Shown: positions 19,064 to 29,369, counted from the first letter of the stretch. The stretch is 64,000 nucleotides of DNA from Patescibacteria group bacterium (GCA_041650915.1 JBAZKE010000001.1:446136-510135), one strand, 5' to 3'. Numbers and translations: made by a program. The notes: generated from the letters alone by a model not told the origin.

Positions 19064-19744
19064 ATGATCCGCAGTACGATGAGCCAAAAAAACCACTATC
19101 GTCGGGAGCGTGCACGTGCAATGGTGCGCGTTTTAAAGAGGCTGTACCCTAAAGCGGGCATGGCGCTACATTTTGGTGATCACTGGCAACTGCTCGTATC
19201 GGTTGTCTTATCCGCACAGACGACCGATAAGAAAGTAAACGAGGTGACGCAAAAGCTTTTTAAAAAATACCGCACGCTCGAAGATTACGTCCGTGTTGAT
19301 TCGCGTTCGTTCAGCCGCGACATTAAGGAGATCGGATTGTACCGGACCAAAGCAAAAAACATCCTTGCCGCGGCAACGGTGGTACAGCGGCACTATCATG
19401 GCAAGCTCCCAAAAACGATGGAGCAGATGATCGCACTGCCCGGAGTAGGAAGAAAATCAGCGAATGTCATTCTCGGAAATGCATACGGAATTGTCGAGGG
19501 GATTGCCATTGACACGCACGTACGACGGTTCGCAATCCGTTTTGATTTAACGGATAGCACGAATCCCGTTGTGATAGAGAGAGATTTAATGCGGCTGCTC
19601 CCTCGGCGCGAGTGGTTCGGATTTACGTACCGCATAATCGAGTACGGCAGAAACGTTTGTCCTGCGCGGAAACATCCGTGTGAACGGCATCCGCTCACTC
19701 TGCTGTATAAACGTGCAGCAAATCGCTGGTACTCACCCAGATAG
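19064..19744 (+). CDS. nth: endonuclease III (HhH-GPD DNA glycosylase)
   Basis: LSAQTTD, LPGVGRKSAN, AIDTHV; Fe-S motif incomplete; start may be 19079. Confidence 0.92.
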   Translation: MIRSTMSQKNHYRRERARAMVRVLKRLYPKAGMALHFGDHWQLLVSVVLSAQTTDKKVNEVTQKLFKKYRTLEDYVRVDSRSFSRDIKEIGLYRTKAKNILAAATVVQRHYHGKLPKTMEQMIALPGVGRKSANVILGNAYGIVEGIAIDTHVRRFAIRFDLTDSTNPVVIERDLMRLLPRREWFGFTYRIIEYGRNVCPARKHPCERHPLTLLYKRAANRWYSPR

Positions 19745-19815
19745 TATGGTTTATATTGATTTTTGCGGCATTTTATGTTACAATATCAGTATTATACATT
19801 GCATGATACCCATCA

Positions 19816-22254
19816 ATGAGGGGGGCGGCAAACAAGAATAGCATTGTAGCTGATTTACTGCTCAGCGTACTGATAAGCGCTGGAGTGATTTTTATCGGGT
19901 ACTGTGCGACCGGTCCCGGCGGCGTTCAGTCCGCCAGTGCCCAGACAGAGCTTATCGTATTTCTACAGCAACCTGCAGCGGGGTCGCAACTTAACGGGCA
20001 GGTCAATTTTGACGTATACTTTTCCGGATCGAACAGCGGGATAATACAGAAGGTCGGGCTCGAAGTCGTCGGCCAGTCACCGGATGCTGATTCGCAGGGG
20101 TTCATGTACATTGTAGATTCTTCGGCTGATCCGGAGTGGCTATGGCACGTCCTTGCTGACACAATGGATTTTGTCAACGGTAATTACCGAATTTTCATTC
20201 ACGCATATGATTATCGGGGATCGGAGCTCAATCTGGTGAGCTCGTCGGGCGGTGAGCCGATTTTTCCGTTCACAGAGCATGCTCCATTCGTTTTCTCCAA
20301 CGACTACGTTATTCTCCATCCCCAAAATAATGCTGAGGTGTCAGGAACAGTACAGCTCCAAGGGAACACATCCGGTGAGGCGTCTGGCGTTGTATTCCAG
20401 ATTTCAAATTCCAGCATGCCTTCGCAGAATTATTCCGTCAGTGCCACTCCTTCTTCTGGGCAACAGCCGGTGTATTGGACTGCCGAATTTGATACTTCTA
20501 TGCTTCCGGCAGCGCAGTATGAATTGCGCATGGATGTCGTGACGCTCAGCGGCATCCAACTGTCGGGCAGAGCTCGTTCTAGTTTTACCGTTGCTGATTC
20601 TGAATATGGGACCTGCCCGCTTCCGTGGCAGTGCACTGATTGGGATCAGTGCACGAATGGCGCACAGACCCGCACCTGTACGGATCCCAATGAGCCTGAC
20701 TGCCTTTCGACAACGACTATGCCCGCAACACAGCAGACCTGCTGCGTGCCACTCTGGGAATGCAGCGGATGGGGCAGCTGCGTCTATAGCGTACAGACCT
20801 GCGTTGAGTATACAGATACGAATCATTGTGGAATCCAGCGGGATGCAGCGCTTCCGCCGCTGACAGCAGCATGCTCGAATGACGTACCAGCCTTACCAGC
20901 ATGCGAGCTGGATTGGGTTTGCAGGGATTCAGTCACGTGCAGTGACGGGAGTGCGATTTGCCGATCGTATGAGGATCCGAACGATCCGGACTGTTTAAGC
21001 ACGGCATCAATGCCGGCGACGCAGAACGCGTGCGCGAGCAGTGATACTGAGCTGCCTGCGGCTTCATGCGCGCTTGATTGGGAATGCACGGAGTGGATTG
21101 AATGCGACGCCGGAACCCGCATATGCGCTGCGTACGCGGATCCGAACGATCCGGACTGCCTCAGCATATCATCACGCCCGGCGACGCAGAGTGCGTGCGA
21201 TGCACCTGCGTTTGTCGAGCCGAAGATTGTCATGGTCGCCCCGGAAGACCAGCAACAGTATACGACGAGGTATATTCCGCTCGAAGCCCGCGTTGAAGAG
21301 GGCAGCGTTGACAGGCTTGGATTCCACTTCGAACGTGAGAATAATGTGCAACGTTTTATCGGCGAGGCGGAACCGTTCCCGACCAATCCGCTGTCCTGGG
21401 CGCTCAACTGGGATACGATAGACGTACCGAACGGGTGGTATAAGGTTTACGCGCGCGGCTATGCTACCATCGACGGCGAACGGCGATACTTCCGGAGCGA
21501 AGAGAGCGTTACAATTGCGATTATGCACCCGGAAGACGATCAGGGTGCAGCAGTACCCGCCGCCCTGCCTGAAGCTCAACTTGAACCACGTGCGGATGCA
21601 TGCAATGATGCAGATGGCGACGGCGTGTGCGATACGATCGAAGTGCAGCTTGGTTACGATCCAAACATTCCCGATCTAACGCCGGAGCAAGCAGAAGAGC
21701 TGCTCGGAACGCTCGAATCCATCACCCCCGATGAAGAGGGGAATTATCGGAAGCAAATTGCATCGATAAAATTTGAACAGCCGACAACGCACGGTATTGC
21801 TGCACCCGAAAAGCTCAAGGTCAGCACGGTCGATAACTTTACCCCGATTATCGGCCGGAATCAGCTCGTTTTCCGGGGTACCGGGCCGCCGAATGCAATG
21901 GTAACTCTGTACATCTACTCGACGCCACTCGTGGTGGAAACACGGACTGATGAGTTTGGCAACTTCACATACACCCTCACCCAGAATATGCCTGACGGTG
22001 AGCACGAGGTTTATGTTACTATTACCGATGATACCGGCAAGGTGGTTGAAAAGAGCAATGCGCTGAAGTTTTTCGTGCGGAGGGCACAGGCGGTGACCGA
22101 AGAAGATTACCTCCGAGGGGATGTTAATGTGGAGACTGAGAGTGAGTCATTAATCAGCAGCTACCTTATCGTAGCGCTCGCTATCGTTGGCGCCGTGCTC
22201 ATCTTCCTGCTCGGATTCTATATCATCGGTAAACGACGGCATACAGTCGCATAA
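19816..22254 (+). CDS. large surface protein with Ig-like domains, Cys/Trp-rich repeats and C-terminal TM anchor
   Basis: repeated W.C..W..C....C.DPN.PDC units; WDT..VPNG.Y Ig-like motifs; DADGDG Ca-binding-like motif. Confidence 0.8.
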   Translation: MRGAANKNSIVADLLLSVLISAGVIFIGYCATGPGGVQSASAQTELIVFLQQPAAGSQLNGQVNFDVYFSGSNSGIIQKVGLEVVGQSPDADSQGFMYIVDSSADPEWLWHVLADTMDFVNGNYRIFIHAYDYRGSELNLVSSSGGEPIFPFTEHAPFVFSNDYVILHPQNNAEVSGTVQLQGNTSGEASGVVFQISNSSMPSQNYSVSATPSSGQQPVYWTAEFDTSMLPAAQYELRMDVVTLSGIQLSGRARSSFTVADSEYGTCPLPWQCTDWDQCTNGAQTRTCTDPNEPDCLSTTTMPATQQTCCVPLWECSGWGSCVYSVQTCVEYTDTNHCGIQRDAALPPLTAACSNDVPALPACELDWVCRDSVTCSDGSAICRSYEDPNDPDCLSTASMPATQNACASSDTELPAASCALDWECTEWIECDAGTRICAAYADPNDPDCLSISSRPATQSACDAPAFVEPKIVMVAPEDQQQYTTRYIPLEARVEEGSVDRLGFHFERENNVQRFIGEAEPFPTNPLSWALNWDTIDVPNGWYKVYARGYATIDGERRYFRSEESVTIAIMHPEDDQGAAVPAALPEAQLEPRADACNDADGDGVCDTIEVQLGYDPNIPDLTPEQAEELLGTLESITPDEEGNYRKQIASIKFEQPTTHGIAAPEKLKVSTVDNFTPIIGRNQLVFRGTGPPNAMVTLYIYSTPLVVETRTDEFGNFTYTLTQNMPDGEHEVYVTITDDTGKVVEKSNALKFFVRRAQAVTEEDYLRGDVNVETESESLISSYLIVALAIVGAVLIFLLGFYIIGKRRHTVA

Positions 22255-23642
22255 TGGAACATACCAAAAACAGTTTTACATTTATTAGGAATAACTTCCA
22301 ATTTATATACGGAGTTGTCCTTATCGTGCTTATACCGGCAGCTCTCGTCGTCAATACAGTCGTGTTTATCAATAGTACTGGCCGCGCCATTGACATTGAA
22401 CTGCAGCGCAAAGCCTCCCTCGCAAACAGCATTGTGAGCGTCGACGTACTTGAAAATTTAGACAATACGGAAGCGCTCCAGTCTATCGTGAGGAGGACTG
22501 TCGCGATGAGCGAGGAAGTCCACAGCCTTGACATTCTTGTTCCTCATGGCAGCGATTTTAAAATTATCGCGAGCATGGATACGGAGCGAATCGGTGAGAT
22601 TTCGAAGTACCACTATAACCGCCTCGCATGGGCAGGCGGGCAACCCATCGCCTATGATACTGATTCGAGCGCGCTTTCGACCGAAGACCAGGGGGAGCGG
22701 AGCGAGGACCATTTTTGGGTCGTGGTGAATCCCGTGACGGATGGGTCGGGCGAGAAGGTCGCGATCGTTTCCATCAAGCTCTCGTCGGGCGTCATGGATG
22801 ACCTGACCCAGCGAAATGTCAACCAATCAATTACGATACTGATCATTTCACTCGTCATCATCATCCTTTTGCTTCTGAACAATACCAAGCTCTTTCAGTA
22901 TGCCGCGCTATTCCGCAAACTCAAGGAGGTTGACAAGATGAAGGATGAATTTATCTCTATGGCTTCGCATGAGCTGCGGGCGCCGATAACCGGCATTCGC
23001 GGGTATTTGCAAATGATACTCGATGGCTCATTCGGCAATTTGCCGGCAGAAGCGAATGGCAAGCTCAAGATGGTGCTTGAAGAAAGCGAACGCCTTCACG
23101 ATCTCGTAGAAGATTTGCTCGAAGTGTCACGAATCCAACAGGGCAGAATTGAGTTGAAGCTCGGTTCGTACGGAATCGGTGCAATCATCGACAGTTCAAA
23201 ACGATCATTTGAGCAGCAAGCAGCGGAAAAAGGGCTCGAGCTCAGGATCATGGTCGCGCCAGGCTTGCCTAACGTGAGCGTTGATGAGAGCAGAATGAAG
23301 CAGGTTCTCGTAAATTTGTTGAGTAACTCGATTAAATATACCCAGCAGGGATCGGTCACGGTTTCAGCGGAGCTCGTTAAAGGCAGGGAAGATACGGTCA
23401 AGCTGAAGGTATCTGATACCGGCATCGGAATGTCAGCCAAAGACCGCGAGCACCTCTTCGAGAAATTTTACCGGGTGCGGAATGAGCAGACGGATAAAAT
23501 CGTCGGTACAGGGCTCGGATTGTGGATCACCCGTGAGATCATCCAGCTCATGCATGGTGAGATATTTGTCGATAGTATTGAAGGTACCGGTACGCAGGTA
23601 ACGGTGCTTTTACCGCCATTCAATAGGCAAAAGAAAAAGTAA
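22254..23642 (+). CDS. membrane sensor histidine kinase
   Basis: SHELRAP H-box, NLLSNSIKY, DTGIGM, GTGLGL. Confidence 0.93.
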   Translation: MEHTKNSFTFIRNNFQFIYGVVLIVLIPAALVVNTVVFINSTGRAIDIELQRKASLANSIVSVDVLENLDNTEALQSIVRRTVAMSEEVHSLDILVPHGSDFKIIASMDTERIGEISKYHYNRLAWAGGQPIAYDTDSSALSTEDQGERSEDHFWVVVNPVTDGSGEKVAIVSIKLSSGVMDDLTQRNVNQSITILIISLVIIILLLLNNTKLFQYAALFRKLKEVDKMKDEFISMASHELRAPITGIRGYLQMILDGSFGNLPAEANGKLKMVLEESERLHDLVEDLLEVSRIQQGRIELKLGSYGIGAIIDSSKRSFEQQAAEKGLELRIMVAPGLPNVSVDESRMKQVLVNLLSNSIKYTQQGSVTVSAELVKGREDTVKLKVSDTGIGMSAKDREHLFEKFYRVRNEQTDKIVGTGLGLWITREIIQLMHGEIFVDSIEGTGTQVTVLLPPFNRQKKK

Positions 23643-23654
23643 CCATACGCCACT

Positions 23655-24035
23655 ATGCTTAATCGCTATCCGTTTATCCTCCCCATTTTCGTCGTTTGGT
23701 TCGTGGTTTTTTTCATTCCGCTTGCCATGATTTTTTATACGAAATTCGGCCTGCAACGGCACCCGATTTTAAATCGCACATTCAGCATGCGCTGCGTCAG
23801 CATGACGCTGTTTATCTTCATACTTCTGATGCTCATGTCGGGGTTGCTACAGCTCGCCGGCGAACAGAAGGTTATCTTCAGCCGTTCCACCGGATACTGG
23901 CATGCTCTCGTAGGCTTCCTGCTCCTGCTCGCGGCTCTTGACCATATCGTGATACATATCAGGGATATCTATCGCTATATCGTAAAACCAAAACCAAAAA
24001 AGCAGTTTCCAGGCCAATCCGCTCCTACGCAATGA
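23655..24035 (+). CDS. membrane protein (DUF4405-like, conserved His)
   Basis: SGLL...WHALVG...HIVIH pattern across hydrophobic helices. Confidence 0.6.
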   Translation: MLNRYPFILPIFVVWFVVFFIPLAMIFYTKFGLQRHPILNRTFSMRCVSMTLFIFILLMLMSGLLQLAGEQKVIFSRSTGYWHALVGFLLLLAALDHIVIHIRDIYRYIVKPKPKKQFPGQSAPTQ

Positions 24036-24568
24036 AAAGCAAGCTGCTGCTCCACGTTTGTTGTGCAACGTGTGCTGCGTACGTGCTTGAAACACTATCG
24101 CGGGTTTTTAAGGTTAGCGCATTTTATTACAATCCAAATATCTACCCGCCTGATGAATATCACAAACGCTTTTCTGAAACAGTTGAATACTGCCGGAAGA
24201 GCGGGATTCCTTTCATTGAGGCGCAACCTGACCACGATAGCTGGCTCTTGCTCACGCGAGGGCACGAGGAAGATCCTGAACGCGGGGAGCGCTGCACGAT
24301 CTGCTACCAGATGCGGCTTGAAAAAACTGCCGTATACGCGCGAGAGAATGGTTTTGGGGTATTTGGAACGGACTTATCCATCAGTCCTCATAAGGATGCG
24401 CAGCGGCTGAACAGCATTGGCAGGGAGCTCGAGGTGCAGTACGGGATTCGTTACCTCGAGGCGGATTTTAAAAAACGAGACGGTTTTAAAAAAGCCATGG
24501 AGATCAGCCGGAGTAATAATTTTTACCGGCAGCGCTACTGCGGGTGCGAGTATAGCATGCACGATTGA
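24032..24568 (+). CDS. queH: epoxyqueuosine reductase QueH (DUF208)
   Basis: LLLHVCCATC, YNPNIYP, ERGERCTICY, SPHK, YRQRYCGC. Confidence 0.92.
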   Translation: MKSKLLLHVCCATCAAYVLETLSRVFKVSAFYYNPNIYPPDEYHKRFSETVEYCRKSGIPFIEAQPDHDSWLLLTRGHEEDPERGERCTICYQMRLEKTAVYARENGFGVFGTDLSISPHKDAQRLNSIGRELEVQYGIRYLEADFKKRDGFKKAMEISRSNNFYRQRYCGCEYSMHD

Positions 24569-24647
24569 GGTAACGAAAGCGCTGCGAGGATATTAGCAAG
24601 CATGCGGGGTTGTGGTATACTATAAGCATATATTCACATAACGAGCC

Positions 24648-25025
24648 GTGAATAAAAAAACAATCGCAATCATTGGCGCCTCGCGGAATAGAGGCAAGTT
24701 CAGTAATAAGGCAGTCCGTGCATATAAAGATGCTGGCTGGGTTGTGTACCCCGTCAATACGGGCGAGGAAGTCATTGAGGGGGAGGCTGTATACCACGAT
24801 GTTACCGAGGTGCCCGGAAAGCTTGACCGTGTCAGCGTCTATGTCCCTCCAGCTATTGGAATGCAGCTGCTCGATGGCATCGCACAAAAAAATCCCGGGG
24901 AAGTTTGGTTCAATCCTGGCTCAGAAAACGATGAGCTCCTTGATTGGGCGAAGGAGCTCGGATTGAATATCATGATCGGCTGCTCAATCGTGGATATCGG
25001 GTACCAGCCGTCAGCGTACAATTAG
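24648..25025 (+). CDS. CoA-binding protein
   Basis: IAIIGAS..K..N..YPVN..VWFNPG. Confidence 0.88.
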   Translation: MNKKTIAIIGASRNRGKFSNKAVRAYKDAGWVVYPVNTGEEVIEGEAVYHDVTEVPGKLDRVSVYVPPAIGMQLLDGIAQKNPGEVWFNPGSENDELLDWAKELGLNIMIGCSIVDIGYQPSAYN

Positions 25026-25036
25026 TCCACCATACT

Positions 25037-25684
25037 ATGAAATTTTTTATAGATACGGCCATTCTCAAAGAAATCGAGTGGGCAGAAGAGCGCGGCATTA
25101 TTGACGGAGTCACCACGAATCCAACGCTCCTCAGCCAGACTGACCGTAAGCTCGGAGAGGTGATCCATGATATCCTGAGGGTTGTTAAAGACCGCCCTGT
25201 TTTTATCGAAGCGGTATCGCAAACGGCAGACGAACTTGTTGCGGAGGGGAAGGAAATCGCTAAGCTCGCCAAGAATGTTGTGGTGACGGTGCCCATGACG
25301 GATGAGGGGATGATGGCAATCCAGCAGCTGGGTGGGCGCGGCATCAAGACAAACGTATCACTCGTATTCACGGCAGTGCAGGCGCTGCTTGCAGCCAGGG
25401 CAGGGGCAACATACGTCAGCATATTTGTCGGGCGGCTTGATGATGCGCGCAAGAACGGCATGGATGTCATCAAAGATACGGTGCACATTTTTAACGCCTA
25501 TAGAGCTCCGACCGAAGTTATTGCTGCATCCCTGCGCCATAGTGAGCACGTTGAAGCTGCTGCACTGGCGGAGGCAGCTTGCGCGGCTATCCCTTTTAAA
25601 GTGCTCGTGCAAATGTACCGCCATGATATGACTGATCGGGGGATAAAAAAATACCTGGAAGATTGGGAAAAGGTACCCAAGTAA
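25037..25684 (+). CDS. transaldolase / fructose-6-phosphate aldolase family protein (Schiff-base Lys replaced by Thr)
   Basis: MKFFIDTA, GVTTNPT, GATYVS.FVGRLDD, AASLR; NVVVTVP where the family has VVKIP. Confidence 0.88.
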   Translation: MKFFIDTAILKEIEWAEERGIIDGVTTNPTLLSQTDRKLGEVIHDILRVVKDRPVFIEAVSQTADELVAEGKEIAKLAKNVVVTVPMTDEGMMAIQQLGGRGIKTNVSLVFTAVQALLAARAGATYVSIFVGRLDDARKNGMDVIKDTVHIFNAYRAPTEVIAASLRHSEHVEAAALAEAACAAIPFKVLVQMYRHDMTDRGIKKYLEDWEKVPK

Positions 25685-25691
25685 TTTTTCT

Positions 25692-26687
25692 ATGAAGAAA
25701 CTGTACGATGTCATTACGGTAGGTTCGGCGTTTCAGGATGTATACGTGCTCAGCAAGCGTTTCAGGATTGTACGCGACCCGCGGGTGATTACTGGCGAGT
25801 CGCAGTGCTTCGCGTTCGGCACGAAAATTGAGCTCGATGATATCCTCTTTGAGGTCGGCGGCGGTGCGACCAATTCAGCATATACGTTCCGCCGGCAAGG
25901 CCTGCGCGTCGGCTGTATTACGCGAATCGGCGCTGACGGGGCGGGCAAAGAGGTCCAGAGTTTCTTGCGGCATTCGCGTATCGGCGACCACTCCGTCATT
26001 GACAGGGAGAAGCGCACGGCGCACTCAGTCATCTTTCTCGGCACAGGAGGGGAGCGTACGATACTCGTATACCGCGGCGCTTCGCATGCATTTCGGTCGA
26101 GTGATATATTTCTTCCGGTACTTCGGCGAACTTCCTGGCTGTATGTTACTTCGCTCGCCGGCAATACGACCCTTTTTAGGAAGATCGTTACGTATGCCCG
26201 GCGCAACGGCATCCATGTGGCTATCAATCCCGGAAAACTGGAAATTCGTAAATCCAGGGGGATAGTGAATTCTATTTTTCGGACAGCCGATATTGTATTT
26301 CTTAATCGGGAGGAAGCTTCCATAGTGGCGGGCTTGCCGCCAGATGATATGATGCCGCTCCTCAAGAGTCTCGATAGAATGACTCCGGGTATCGTAGTTA
26401 TTACGGACGGGAGCAGAGGATCATATGCTATTTTGAATCATACAATGTACCGTGTTATAATAACTCCAGTAAACGCTGTGGATACTACAGGTGCGGGAGA
26501 TGCCTTTGGGTCAGGTTTTTTAGCAGGATATATTCGTAGCCGTGGAGATATCAAAAAAGCGCTTACCTTAGCCACAAAAAATGCAGCATCGGTCATTAAA
26601 AAGATTGGTGCAAAGCATGGTCTGCTGTCCAGGCACGGTACGGTACCGAATTTACGGATGAGCATTTCCATAGAAACGGTTAAATAG
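25692..26687 (+). CDS. PfkB-family carbohydrate kinase
   Basis: GGGATN, LNREEA, DTTGAGDAFGSGF. Confidence 0.9.
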   Translation: MKKLYDVITVGSAFQDVYVLSKRFRIVRDPRVITGESQCFAFGTKIELDDILFEVGGGATNSAYTFRRQGLRVGCITRIGADGAGKEVQSFLRHSRIGDHSVIDREKRTAHSVIFLGTGGERTILVYRGASHAFRSSDIFLPVLRRTSWLYVTSLAGNTTLFRKIVTYARRNGIHVAINPGKLEIRKSRGIVNSIFRTADIVFLNREEASIVAGLPPDDMMPLLKSLDRMTPGIVVITDGSRGSYAILNHTMYRVIITPVNAVDTTGAGDAFGSGFLAGYIRSRGDIKKALTLATKNAASVIKKIGAKHGLLSRHGTVPNLRMSISIETVK

Positions 26688-26740
26688 CATTTTTCTTAAT
26701 AATTTGATCCTTATTTACCCAAAGGGGAGGTAATACGCTT

Positions 26741-27160
26741 ATGTCAAAAAATGTCACCATTACCCTGGTCGTCGTTATCGTGGTTGTGGTTGTTGGATTA
26801 CTCGGATGGTACTTTCTGAAGGAAGATTCGACAAATAAAAATTCCGGTACTTCGACACAGACGACCAACACGGTTGAGATTATCCATCCGCCTGAGAATA
26901 CGGTATGGATTGTCAATGGCAGCTTTACCCCTGCTGTTTTGACCGTTGAGGTCGGCGAGAAGGTAACCTGGGTGAATAAAGACGAGTATGTCCGCCGCGT
27001 CGCTTCCGATCCTCACCCGACAGGAACCAACCTGCCGGAACTCGAATCGAATGATCTTAACAAAGATGAGAGCTTTTCATTCAGCTTTACCGAGGCAGGC
27101 GAGTGGGGGTACCACGACTACCTCAATCCCGTTAAGCGCGGCAAGATTATTGTCGAATAA
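26741..27160 (+). CDS. membrane-anchored cupredoxin-fold protein
   Basis: FTPAVLTVEVGEKVTWVN..FSFSFTEAGEWGYHD..GKIIV. Confidence 0.8.
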   Translation: MSKNVTITLVVVIVVVVVGLLGWYFLKEDSTNKNSGTSTQTTNTVEIIHPPENTVWIVNGSFTPAVLTVEVGEKVTWVNKDEYVRRVASDPHPTGTNLPELESNDLNKDESFSFSFTEAGEWGYHDYLNPVKRGKIIVE

Positions 27161-27180
27161 TTCAATTATCTTATTGAGAA

Positions 27181-27210
27181 AAGCGGTTAGGGGAGCTTAG
27201 CCGTTTTTTT
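27181..27210 (+). terminator. intrinsic terminator
   Basis: GCGGTTAG / TTAGCCGT stem followed by a T-run. Confidence 0.6.
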
Positions 27211-27223
27211 CATACCGCAGCAT

Positions 27224-28717
27224 ATGGCAACGCTTTTAACAGATTACCGCAAGTACCGCCTCCTCGAAATCCTACCGGGTTTTTTCGTTTGGACGACCTT
27301 CTTATTAGCGGTGGTATTTTCATTTATACAGCCAATTTGGGCAATCTACTTTATAATTGTTTTTGACCTTTTTTGGCTCATCCGGATTGTTTACATGCTC
27401 GTTTTCATGGTTATCTCTTACGTCCGGTACCGCAGGACCGTTAAAGTTGATTGGTTCAATGAAGTGCAGCGGATTCCCAGCTGGGAAAAATATTACCACG
27501 CCGTGTTTATACCCACCTATAAGGAACCGATTGAAGTTCTACGGAGTTCATTCGAGGCGCTCGTGAATAACCGGTACCCCCTCAATAAATTTGTCGTCAT
27601 TCTCGCCGGCGAGGACCGCGATGAAGCAAATTTCAGGATGATTGCATCCAGGCTGGAGAGAGAATATGGGCACCGTTTCCAAAAATTAATCGTAACGCTC
27701 CATCCGAGCGGAACGCATGGCGAGGTGCCGGGAAAGGGGGCTAATATCAACTGGGCAGGCCACCGGGCGAAAGAGTATATTGACGCGCAGGGCTGGCCGT
27801 ACGAAAACGTCATTGTATCCTCGTTTGATTCCGATACCTGCGTCCATCCGCAGTACTTCACCTATTTGACATATACCTACGCACGGCATCCGAATCCGAC
27901 GAGAGCAAGCTACCAACCGATGGCGCTGTTCAACAATAACGTGTGGGAGTCGCCGGCTCTGACGCGCGTCATTTCATACAGCACGACATTCTGGCTTCTG
28001 ACCGAGCAGTCGAGGCCAGACCGGATGTTTACGTTTTCTTCGCACAGCATGAGCTTTAAGGCGCTCGTTGATGTGGATTTCTGGCAGAGCGATATTGTGA
28101 CAGAGGATTCGAGAATCTGCCTCCAGTGCATCATGGAATATGACGGCGATTATGAAGTCGTTCCGCTGCACCTGCCGGTATCGATGGATGTTGTGGTTGG
28201 CAAGTCATTCTGGAAAACCGTCAAGGCACAGTATGTCCAGCAGCGTCGCTGGGCGTACGGCGTTGAGAATTTTCCGTACATGGCCTGGAATTTTTTCAGG
28301 AATAAGAAAATACCTTTCTTTAAAAAGTTTCGCTATACCTTTAACCAGGTTGAGGGCGTATATTCGTGGGCAACGGCGCCGATCCTTATTTTCGTGCTCG
28401 GGTACCTTCCGATGTGGGTTGCGAACTATCGTGGATTCACCTCAATCACCTCTCAGACAACGCCCGAATTGCTCCAGGGCATTATGACCGCGGCGATGGT
28501 TGGCCTTATCATTCAGGCGATACTAAGCACTACGCTCCTGCCTGAACGCCCCCGGAACTATAGGGCTTGGAAGCTTGCCATCATGGTCCTGCAATGGGCG
28601 CTTGTCCCTGTTACGCTTATACTTTTCGGCTCATTTCCCGCGGTTGAAGCGCAGACACGGCTCATGCTCGGAAAATACCTCGGATTCCACGTTACTGAGA
28701 AGGTGAGGAAAAAGTAG
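27224..28717 (+). CDS. membrane glycosyltransferase family 2
   Basis: IPTYKEP, GKGAN, FDSD, TED, QQRRW motifs. Confidence 0.88.
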   Translation: MATLLTDYRKYRLLEILPGFFVWTTFLLAVVFSFIQPIWAIYFIIVFDLFWLIRIVYMLVFMVISYVRYRRTVKVDWFNEVQRIPSWEKYYHAVFIPTYKEPIEVLRSSFEALVNNRYPLNKFVVILAGEDRDEANFRMIASRLEREYGHRFQKLIVTLHPSGTHGEVPGKGANINWAGHRAKEYIDAQGWPYENVIVSSFDSDTCVHPQYFTYLTYTYARHPNPTRASYQPMALFNNNVWESPALTRVISYSTTFWLLTEQSRPDRMFTFSSHSMSFKALVDVDFWQSDIVTEDSRICLQCIMEYDGDYEVVPLHLPVSMDVVVGKSFWKTVKAQYVQQRRWAYGVENFPYMAWNFFRNKKIPFFKKFRYTFNQVEGVYSWATAPILIFVLGYLPMWVANYRGFTSITSQTTPELLQGIMTAAMVGLIIQAILSTTLLPERPRNYRAWKLAIMVLQWALVPVTLILFGSFPAVEAQTRLMLGKYLGFHVTEKVRKK

Positions 28718-28724
28718 TACGCAT

Positions 28725-29369
28725 ATGGCGATACTACCATACGATTCATTGAAGAACACCTTGCCGCCGGGAGTAACGCTTGTTGCGGCTACCAAGGGGC
28801 GTTCAGTGGAGGAAATCATCGCAGCAGGTGTCCGGATCGCGGGCGAGAACTACGTCCAGGAAGCGGAGCAAAAAATCAGCCGCATCGGTGACCGGATCTC
28901 GTGGCATATGATTGGGCACCTGCAGAAGAACAAGGTCCGCCGGGCAGTAGAGCTTTTTGATATGGTGCAAACGGTTGATTCATGCCTACTCGCGCGCCAA
29001 ATTGATTCTGCGTGTGAAAGTATTGGCAGGGTCATGCCCATTCTCATCGAGGTAAACAGCGGGCGTGAGCAGCAGAAGTCGGGTGTGCTGCCTGGTGACG
29101 TTGAGCGGCTCGTTAACGATATTATGAAGTTCCCGCACGTCCGCTTGCAGGGGCTCATGACCATGGGGCCGAAGGTAGTCAACGCCGAAGCGTTGAGGCC
29201 GTTCTATAAAGAGATGTGTACGCTTTTTAAGGCAATCGGTAATCGGTTCGGAAGCCAACTCGATTGGAAGCACCTCTCAATGGGCATGAGCGGGTCATAC
29301 AGAGTAGCCATGGCAGAGGGGGCTACCATGGTGCGTATTGGAACGGCACTCTTCGGGGCGAGAGCTTAG
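28725..29369 (+). CDS. yggS: PLP homeostasis protein (YggS family)
   Basis: GENYVQE, WHMIGHLQKNKV, LSMGMS, VRIGTALFG. Confidence 0.93.
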   Translation: MAILPYDSLKNTLPPGVTLVAATKGRSVEEIIAAGVRIAGENYVQEAEQKISRIGDRISWHMIGHLQKNKVRRAVELFDMVQTVDSCLLARQIDSACESIGRVMPILIEVNSGREQQKSGVLPGDVERLVNDIMKFPHVRLQGLMTMGPKVVNAEALRPFYKEMCTLFKAIGNRFGSQLDWKHLSMGMSGSYRVAMAEGATMVRIGTALFGARA

